A stretch of 32,000 nucleotides of DNA from NCBI RefSeq assembly GCF_000092105.1, contig NC_014148.1, positions 3,120,001-3,152,000 of the forward strand, given 5' to 3'. The notes beneath the pieces were generated by a model that saw only the letters and a program-made list of their open reading frames with translations, was not told where the DNA came from and did no database searches. Source of the stretch: Planctopirus limnophila DSM 3776. GTDB lineage: Bacteria > Planctomycetota > Planctomycetia > Planctomycetales > Planctomycetaceae. This document shows positions 18,429-24,710 of the stretch, one piece after another (position 1 is the stretch's first letter; each line of letters starts with the position of its first letter). The position numbers and the translations under genes are program-made.

Positions 18429-19460
18429 TTGATGCAAGTTTTTCAAGAGATCACGGAAACTCTTTCTCGCTGGCACCAGAAACAGGCCAGAAAGATCGAA
18501 AAAGCCGTTGAGAACCAGACCCTTCTCCTCGGCGAGGCCATACAACTGGCGTGCCTCATCGAGGCGACCTCACGCAAAGCCGGGAATGTGCATCCCTGGG
18601 CATCATTTGACGACCTTTCCTACGTCGATTTCTGCCATGCAGGCGAATCACTGGCAAAGTTCGGTAGCCAGCTTGCGCTAAATCCCCAGCCGAGCCAGGA
18701 AACCCCCGGCTCACTCGGAACGTGGATTGAACAGGCCGTGGCTGCATCGCACAGTTCCTCGACATCCAATGTGAACCTCGGGATCGTCCTGCTGATCGCT
18801 CCCTTGGCCATGACCTGGCGAACTGGCATGACCCCGCGAACTGATACAACACTGACGAACTGGCAGGAGGCTGTTGCCCGCTTAATCGCCACATCAACCA
18901 CCGCCGATGCAGCCGCCATGTACCGGGCAATTATGGCAGCCAAACCCGGCGGGCTCGGAAAAAGTGCCACACAGGATGTGAGAGAAACTCCCACCGTGAC
19001 ACTCCAGGAGGCCATGCATCTCGCTCGGGATCGTGATCAGATTGCCGCCTGCTATGACGACGGTTTCGCCAGCCTGTTCCAGCATTGGTTGCCACGCTTA
19101 AGCCAGTGGATCGATGAGCTGAGCAAAGCGAATGCGGAATCCTGCTGTCTGACCTCAAGCTGGGAGTTTCCACCCGCTGCGTGGGAAGTCGCCACCATCG
19201 GATTACAACTGGAACTGCTGGCACACCACGGCGATTCTCTGATTGCTCGCAAACTGGGGCCTGAGTTCCATTCCGAGGTTTCCCTACAGGCCCAAAAGAT
19301 CCTGGAAGCCGACTGGCCCTATACTGCCACTGGCTGGCAGCTCTATCATACTTTTGACCAATGGCTGCGGGCAGACGGCCACCAACGCAACCCAGGCACC
19401 ACCGCCGACATCATCGCCGCCACCTGGTTCGTTTACCTTCGCATGGTTTTATCTCCGTAG
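18429..19460 (+). CDS. CitG/MdcB-like triphosphoribosyl-dephospho-CoA synthase family protein
   Basis: 343-aa ORF. The CLIEATSRKAGNVHPWASFDDLSYVDF block resembles the CitG L..E....KPGLV....H.DM motif. This call is from motif memory only. Confidence 0.6.
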   Translation: MMQVFQEITETLSRWHQKQARKIEKAVENQTLLLGEAIQLACLIEATSRKAGNVHPWASFDDLSYVDFCHAGESLAKFGSQLALNPQPSQETPGSLGTWIEQAVAASHSSSTSNVNLGIVLLIAPLAMTWRTGMTPRTDTTLTNWQEAVARLIATSTTADAAAMYRAIMAAKPGGLGKSATQDVRETPTVTLQEAMHLARDRDQIAACYDDGFASLFQHWLPRLSQWIDELSKANAESCCLTSSWEFPPAAWEVATIGLQLELLAHHGDSLIARKLGPEFHSEVSLQAQKILEADWPYTATGWQLYHTFDQWLRADGHQRNPGTTADIIAATWFVYLRMVLSP

Positions 19461-19475
19461 GATTTTATCTCCGTA

Positions 19476-19596
19476 GTAGGGTCCGCTGTGCGGACCACAA
19501 TCAACAAGCCACCTCACAAACCTCCGTGAATCAACTGGATTTCTGACGAACCAAAAACTATTTCGAGTCCAACATGGTCCGCACAGCGGACCCTAC
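19476..19596. repeat. REPIN-like inverted doublet of a GTAG-headed palindrome (GTAGGGTCCGCTGTGCGGACCA)
   Basis: Left arm 19476-19497 gtagggtccgctgtgcggacca and right arm 19575-19596 tggtccgcacagcggaccctac are exact reverse complements (22/22). Each arm also contains its own GGTCCGC/GCGGACC hairpin. Confidence 0.85.
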
Positions 19597-19605
19597 TTCA
19601 CAACC

Positions 19606-19633
19606 AACTTCAAACTTCAAACTTCAAACTTCA
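19606..19633 (+). repeat. Heptanucleotide microsatellite (AACTTCA)x4
   Basis: Four perfect tandem copies end 13 nt before the ATG (19647) of the PTPS-like gene. Confidence 0.9.
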
Positions 19634-19646
19634 AAGAACCCCCACC

Positions 19647-20132
19647 ATGCCCGAATTCCGCGTTCGCGTGACCAAAGATCATCTCGTTTTCAGTGCGGCC
19701 CACTTCATCACCTTCAACGGCAACATCTGCGAGCGGCTCCACGGCCACAACTGGCGAGTCGCCGTCGAATTGACTGGCCCGCTCGATGAAAACAGCTATG
19801 TCTTCGATTTTATTGCACTCCGGGATGCGACGCAGAAGCTCGTCCACGAGCTGGATCACAAAGTCCTTTTGCCGCTCCAGCATCCGACCATCAAAGTCGA
19901 AGTTGGTCCGAAAGAAGTCGAAGCGAAGTTCGAGGATCGCCGCTGGGTCTTCCCGCTGGAAGACTGCGCCCTGCTCCCAATCGCCAACACGACGGCCGAA
20001 CTTCTCGCCGACTGGTTCGCAAAGCACTTGTGCGAAGTCGTCCGCGCATGGCCGGGCCAGCAGGTGAAGTACGTACAGGCAGAAGTCGAAGAAAACTTCG
20101 GCCAATGGGGGATTTGCAAGGTCGAGGTGTAG
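19647..20132 (+). CDS. 6-pyruvoyl-tetrahydropterin synthase / QueD family protein
   Basis: 161-aa ORF with FSAAHF and the active-site/zinc motif CERLHGHNW (C-x3-HGH) characteristic of the PTPS/QueD fold. Confidence 0.8.
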   Translation: MPEFRVRVTKDHLVFSAAHFITFNGNICERLHGHNWRVAVELTGPLDENSYVFDFIALRDATQKLVHELDHKVLLPLQHPTIKVEVGPKEVEAKFEDRRWVFPLEDCALLPIANTTAELLADWFAKHLCEVVRAWPGQQVKYVQAEVEENFGQWGICKVEV

Positions 20133-20187
20133 GCGTGGGAAAAAGGGAAGAAGGTGGGAAGGGAAGAAGCCAGAGTTTCGTCGCGCA

Positions 20188-20270
20188 GTTCCGTAGGGCA
20201 GGCTCCCGCCTGCCGATGACGACCGTCCAAACGTAGGGTGCAAGGAGTCCTCGGAATGCACCATCCTTGC
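20188..20270 (+). repeat. Bipartite GTAG-headed repeat, copy A
   Basis: Module 1 is ccGTAGGGCAGGCtcccGCCTGCCgatg (7-bp stem, 4-nt loop). Module 2 is acGTAGGGTGCAAGGAgtcctcggaatgcaccaTCCTTGC. It is homologous to copies at 21015 and 21145. Confidence 0.85.
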
Positions 20271-20370
20271 GTTGATCAGCCAAAGATGGTGCCTTGGAAA
20301 ATACATAGCAACTCGTTATCGATTTTTGGAATGTTCCCTGAAGTTGAGCCAAAATTCGCGAGCCTCTCTC

Positions 20371-21000
20371 ATGCCCCATGCCGTGCTGCTTGGCGATTCG
20401 ATTTTCGATAATGCGGCTTACGTGGCCGAAGGTTCGCCGGTGATTGAGCACTTACGGAAAAGGTCGCCGACAGACTGGCAGGCCACACTTCTCGCCCGCG
20501 ATGGAGCCGTCGTGGAGAATGTTCCCCGGCAATTGCAAGCCATTCCTGATGGGACTACCCATCTGGTACTCAGTGCCGGAGGCAACAACGCTCTCGAAAG
20601 TGCCCCACTCTTCCGTGCCAGCGGAGCGGATCTGCCAGCACTCCTTGATGACCTGGCGGAAATGCAGCGACAGTTTCAATCGGAATACCGCCAGCTACTT
20701 CGTCTGCTGGCTCACCGCATTTCGAACATTGTCGTCTGCACGATCTATGACGCCATCCCGGGTTTGCCGGACACGGATCGGATGGGATTGTCTCTGTTCA
20801 ACGATATCATCGTTCGCGAGGCGGTCTTGGCGGGATTTCCAGTGCTCGACCTGCGGCTGATCTGCGACGAAGATCGTGACTACTCTTCCATCTCCCCGAT
20901 CGAACCATCAGAGATCGGAGGATCAAAAATTGCCCGTGCGATCGCTTTGATTCTACGCAGCCATGATTTCTCACTGGGTAGAACCGTGATTTACTCCTAG
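20371..21000 (+). CDS. SGNH/GDSL-type hydrolase family protein (possibly non-canonical catalytic triad)
   Basis: Block I VLLGDSIFDN and block III SAGGNN are present. ATG 20371 is preferred over track start 20272 because the upstream extension runs up to the edge of repeat copy A (20188-20270). Confidence 0.7.
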   Translation: MPHAVLLGDSIFDNAAYVAEGSPVIEHLRKRSPTDWQATLLARDGAVVENVPRQLQAIPDGTTHLVLSAGGNNALESAPLFRASGADLPALLDDLAEMQRQFQSEYRQLLRLLAHRISNIVVCTIYDAIPGLPDTDRMGLSLFNDIIVREAVLAGFPVLDLRLICDEDRDYSSISPIEPSEIGGSKIARAIALILRSHDFSLGRTVIYS

Positions 21001-21014
21001 ATTTACCTTAAAAA

Positions 21015-21096
21015 GTTCCGTAGGGCAGGCTCCCGCCTGCCACTTTCGGCCCCCAAGTCTTGGGTGAAAGAATCCTCGGAATGCACCGGCCTTGCC
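21015..21096 (+). repeat. Bipartite GTAG-headed repeat, copy B (module 2 degenerate)
   Basis: gttccGTAGGGCAGGCtcccGCCTGCCac...aatcctcggaatgcaccggccttgcc starts 15 nt after the SGNH stop codon. Confidence 0.85.
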
Positions 21097-21144
21097 GACG
21101 TTTCTCAACAGGCTGATTCCAACGGTAGAGCCGACTCTTCCAAC

Positions 21145-21323
21145 TCCGTAGGGCAGGCTCCCGCCTGCCGATGGTGTCGTCTTGAATCCACGCTGCATGG
21201 AGTCTTCGGAATACACCATGCTTGCACACATCACGAAGTTCGTGCATGCGCGTGCACTGTGATGGTCGATGGACGTGATATGCCCATTTTGCGGCATCGG
21301 CAGGCGGGAGCCTGCCCTACAGG
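21145..21323. repeat. GTAG-headed repeat copy C plus inverted solo module-1 copy D, forming a REPIN/MITE-like unit
   Basis: Forward tccGTAGGGCAGGCTCCCGCCTGCCGATG at 21145-21173 and reverse catcggcaggcgggagcctgccctacagg at 21295-21323. The arms match 26/26 over GTAGGGCAGGCTCCCGCCTGCCGATG. About 120 bp of hairpin-rich sequence lies between them. Confidence 0.85.
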
Positions 21324-21391
21324 TTGACTGATCGCCGCGCCCGGAAACAGTGGGTTGCCCACCCCAATCGCCAAGCTGGAAGAGGACGAAG

Positions 21392-22618
21392 ATGATTCAG
21401 ACGCAATGCTGCGTGGTGGGTGGCGGGCCGGCCGGCCTGATGCTGGGCTGCCTGCTGGCACGCTCAGGAGTCAAAGTCATCGTGCTGGAAAAGCATGGCG
21501 ATTTCTTCCGGGATTTCCGGGGAGATACCATCCATCCTTCCACTCTCGAACTCCTCTACGAACTGGGGCAACTGGATGCGTTCCGCTCCCAGGTTCCTCA
21601 CCAGGAGTACCCGAGTCTCAAGGTGGTACTCGATGGCCACGTCTTTGATGGGCCTGATTTCACCACCTTGCCGACACATTGTAAGTTCATGGCAATTGCT
21701 CCCCAGTGGGATTTTCTCAACTTCCTGGCCGAATACGCCTCGAAATTTGAGACCTTCCAACTGATGATGAACACCGAAGCGAAAGACCTGGTGTTCGAGA
21801 ATGGGGAGATCGTGGGAGTGAAAGCGATCCACGACGGCGAAGAGTATGAAATCCGTGCCGATCTCGTAGTCGCTGCCGATGGTCGCGGCTCGCGATTACG
21901 TACCCAGGCCGACTTGAGCGTGCAGGAAATCGGTGTCCCCATCGACGTCTTGTGGTACCACCTGCCTAAAACCATGGAGGACCCGCAAGGCCATGTCCTC
22001 GGTCGAGTGGGCAACGGCCAGATGATGGTCACGATTGATCGTGGAGATTACTTCCAGTGCGGCACAGTGATTGGTAAAGGCAAGCTGAACCAGATTCAGG
22101 CCGATGGCCTGGAAGCTTTCCGCGAGAAGGTGGTGCAACTGGCCCCATTTCTGGAAGAAGCCACGAGATCGATCAAGAGCTGGGATCAGGTCAAACTGCT
22201 CTCCGTCCAGATCAATCGGCTCGATGAGTGGGCCAGACCTGGCTTCCTTTGTATTGGAGATTCCGCCCACGCCATGTCGCCAGCCGGTGGCGTCGGTGTG
22301 AACATGGCCATTCAGGATGCCGTGGCGACATCAAACCTGCTGGGAGAAAAGCTCCGCGAAGGGAAAGTGACACTGGACGATCTGCATCTGGTGCAACTGC
22401 GCCGTGAGAAGCCCGTGAAGTTTATCCAGAAAATCCAGGCTTTCGCTCATGCGAAAATCTTCAACCCCAATGAAGGTTTTCGCGCCAAAGGGGTGGGCAT
22501 GTGGATCTTCCGCTGGATGATCTTCTTCATGGCGAATCCCGTGCGCCGACGCATGGCCCGCATGATCGGCCTGGGCCCCTTGCCAGAACACATCGAAACT
22601 GCCGAATACCACTCATGA
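21392..22618 (+). CDS. FAD-dependent monooxygenase (UbiH/PHBH-fold)
   Basis: Dinucleotide-binding VVGGGPAGLMLGCLLARSGVKVIVLEKH, plus ADGRGSRLR and GDSAHAMSPAGGVGVNMAIQDA blocks. ATG 21392, preceded by GGAAGAGGA, is preferred to track start 21350. Confidence 0.85.
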   Translation: MIQTQCCVVGGGPAGLMLGCLLARSGVKVIVLEKHGDFFRDFRGDTIHPSTLELLYELGQLDAFRSQVPHQEYPSLKVVLDGHVFDGPDFTTLPTHCKFMAIAPQWDFLNFLAEYASKFETFQLMMNTEAKDLVFENGEIVGVKAIHDGEEYEIRADLVVAADGRGSRLRTQADLSVQEIGVPIDVLWYHLPKTMEDPQGHVLGRVGNGQMMVTIDRGDYFQCGTVIGKGKLNQIQADGLEAFREKVVQLAPFLEEATRSIKSWDQVKLLSVQINRLDEWARPGFLCIGDSAHAMSPAGGVGVNMAIQDAVATSNLLGEKLREGKVTLDDLHLVQLRREKPVKFIQKIQAFAHAKIFNPNEGFRAKGVGMWIFRWMIFFMANPVRRRMARMIGLGPLPEHIETAEYHS

Positions 22619-22721
22619 AGCCGAGCTTCACGATCAACCCCGAGGTTCGACATGAGTCGCAGGTCACGCCTTAATGATCTGCCAATCGTGAGTTAGATCG
22701 ACCAGCAGCAGAGCATGGGCC

Positions 22722-23537
22722 ATGGCCACACAAACAGGAAACTCTTTGATAGATCGGCCGATGAGCACAACCTCCCATCCCCCTGAAGTTCTCGCAGCCA
22801 GTCCTGCAAGGCAAAATTCAGGCTCCCCATCGAAACCCAGAGCTTTGCCGATTCGTTATTCGACTTTCGAACTGCTGGGCTCGCTCATACTGCTCTTTCT
22901 GGCAGCGCCATTTCTCGAACGCATGCCACAGAAAGATCTGATTGAATCCGTACTCATCACACTCGTGATGACCATGGCCATCATTGCCGTCTCCGAAAAG
23001 AAATCGGCATTGATTGTGGCCTTATCACTGGCCATCCCGACGCTGGCTATGAAGTGGATCAATCACTTTTCGCCCCGACTCCTCGGCCCGGAAATTCATC
23101 TGGTCACGACCACGATTTTCTTTCTGTACGTGATTGCCCAATTGCTGAAGTACATCGTGAGAGCACCTCAGGTCGACCAGCGCGTCGTCTGCGCAGCCAT
23201 TTGTGGCTATCTCATGCTCGGCATGGCCTGGATCCCGCTCTACATGCTCGCAGATGATCTGGCGATCAGTGGCGTCGCCTTTCAGTTCAGCACACCGAGC
23301 GAACCCGACCACCGGATGCATGCGTTCAATGCCCTCTACTTCAGCTTCATCACTCTGACAACAGCCGGCTATGGCGATATTATTCCCATCTCACCACTGG
23401 CACGCATGCTGGCCATGATCGAAGCGATTACGGGCGTCTTCTACATGGCGATTCTCGTGTCGCGGCTGGTTTCCGTCTATTCGACCTTACCGCCGCATGA
23501 GCCGAAGACAGCACCCGCACATCCAGACGCAGAGTAA
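22722..23537 (+). CDS. Potassium channel family protein (pore-loop, no obvious RCK or voltage sensor)
   Basis: Selectivity-filter signature FITLTTAGYGDIIP flanked by hydrophobic helices, with several additional N-terminal TM segments. 271 aa. Confidence 0.8.
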   Translation: MATQTGNSLIDRPMSTTSHPPEVLAASPARQNSGSPSKPRALPIRYSTFELLGSLILLFLAAPFLERMPQKDLIESVLITLVMTMAIIAVSEKKSALIVALSLAIPTLAMKWINHFSPRLLGPEIHLVTTTIFFLYVIAQLLKYIVRAPQVDQRVVCAAICGYLMLGMAWIPLYMLADDLAISGVAFQFSTPSEPDHRMHAFNALYFSFITLTTAGYGDIIPISPLARMLAMIEAITGVFYMAILVSRLVSVYSTLPPHEPKTAPAHPDAE

Positions 23538-23585
23538 ATCCCACGAAATGAGTCAAACGCTTTCCATGAAAAAAAAGCGATCTGT

Positions 23586-23629
23586 GTGCCATGCTTGCAG
23601 CCTGCCAGTGTTAATACTGGGCAAGCATG
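23586..23629 (+). repeat. GTGC-headed palindromic repeat, copy 4 (extended loop with inner CCAGT/ACTGG hairpin)
   Basis: GTGCCATGCTTGCagcctgccagtgttaatactggGCAAGCATG, 49 nt after the K+ channel stop. Confidence 0.8.
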
Positions 23630-23639
23630 TCTTCGCTTC

Positions 23640-23680
23640 GGGTGGCAGGGGTCGGATGTCTTCATCCGCCCCCTGGTCAT
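23640..23680 (+). repeat. GTGG-headed REP-like palindrome, variant 2, forward
   Basis: gggtggCAGGGGTCGGATGtcttCATCCGCCCCCTGgtcat is the exact reverse complement of 10517-10557. Confidence 0.9.
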
Positions 23681-23759
23681 TCGGCTTCACCAGCGCAAAT
23701 GCATCTGAACACATGCTTCATGACCGTTGAGAAAGTTCGCCACAGACGCACAAAGTTTA

Positions 23760-23797
23760 ATGATCTGGGGGCAAACGAAGATGTTTAACCCCCAACC
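23760..23797 (-). repeat. GTGG-headed REP-like palindrome, degenerate variant 1, reverse
   Basis: The reverse complement ggttgggggttaaacatcttcgtttgcccccagatcat aligns with the 10406 copy (tggggtcaaacgtcctcgtttgcccccaggtcat). It forms an inverted doublet with 23640-23680. Confidence 0.7.
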
Positions 23798-23940
23798 ATC
23801 TCATCGATCTCCAACCCAGCCGCCATTGAGATTGGCGAAACTCAACGTCCCCCGCTCCCATCAGAACGGGAGCAAGGGCCAACTGTTGAAGTCGATTCAG
23901 CGCTTCGACGGCCAGAATCAGGTTGAACCGCGAAGGCAGC

Positions 23941-24159
23941 TCAGGCACCCGGACGCATGTGAAGATATGCCGACAGCACGTCGTACAGGTCTGGGGAAAT
24001 GGCCACTTCTTCGTCTTCGAAGTCGTTGAGCCACGCACGATTAAATCGTGACGCATCAGCCAGAGCACGACGGATTTCGCTCAGCCGGACAGGGACTCGG
24101 TTATCCTGAGCCAGGCACTCGCTGTCATCACCCGTATAAAGTCGAAGTCGGTGTCGCAT
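23941..24159 (-). CDS. 72-aa hypothetical protein (acidic C-terminal half), family not recognised
   Basis: ATG at 24159-24157 is preceded by AAGGAGG (complement of 24164-24170, 4 nt spacing), the strongest SD I noticed by eye in this window. Translation is MRHRLRLYTGDDSECLAQDNRVPVRLSEIRRALADASRFNRAWLNDFEDEEVAISPDLYDVLSAYLHMRPGA. The track ORF extends to 24201, but that start lacks an SD. Confidence 0.55.
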   Translation of the reverse strand: MRHRLRLYTGDDSECLAQDNRVPVRLSEIRRALADASRFNRAWLNDFEDEEVAISPDLYDVLSAYLHMRPGA

Positions 24160-24710
24160 GATTCCTCCTTGAAAGGCAGCGACCTGATTTCCAGTAACCA
24201 CTCCCGGTTACAACTCGCATCGAAATCGAACCCGAAGTTCAATCTTCCATCTGAGCTGTTTCATGTGATCGACCGGCGAGAGCCGCCGAAATCAATCAAT
24301 TTGTTCCGAAAAGTGGGATCAAGCCGCAAGCGTCAGTTAATCATGGCAAGCATGCTCTTCCAGCGATGCCTGACATGAGGCTTACGCTAATCCGTCCCAT
24401 GGATTTAGCGTTAGGCCAGTTGTTCAGGCAGAATCGGCAATCACTCTCCAGTGACTGCACCACGATCGGCAATTGCAGCCGAAGATCACAATTCGCAGCC
24501 AGACCGATGAGAACAATTGAAAGAATCGCTATTGTCGGTACTGTTTCGACAGACCATGGCACGCACTGGCACTTAAGTTGTTCACACGCCACGATGTGTG
24601 GACACGCAAGCGTGTGCAAAGTTTGCCCAGGCCAATCGTTGATTTGTTTCATGAGAGACCGACTTTCCAATTTTCTGATACCACTTTCCTGATCCATCGA
24701 GACATCACGG

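Noticed and set aside
23757-24068. Possible second small gene, translationally coupled to the 72-aa ORF (GTG overlapping its stop). This would suggest a two-gene toxin-antitoxin-like cassette.
   Set aside because: There is no ATG or SD. The Trp/Arg-rich C-terminus is encoded by the degenerate REP copy at 23760-23797, so the frame is most likely fortuitous.
24195-24262. tRNA-like pieces on the minus strand (AGCTCAGATGG D-loop-like and GGTTCGATTTC T-loop-like), possibly a tRNA or an att-site remnant.
   Set aside because: The spacing between the two motifs is about 13 nt too short. No T-stem or acceptor stem can be paired, and no integrase or other mobile genes are nearby.
24341-24697. 118-aa minus-strand ORF (or 104 aa from MKQIND) with one hydrophobic segment and many Cys, divergent from tex.
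   Set aside because: It has no SD, many codons that look rare for this sequence (ATA, GTA, AGA, AGT), and no recognisable motif. It cannot be supported from sequence alone, though Ribo-seq could revive it.
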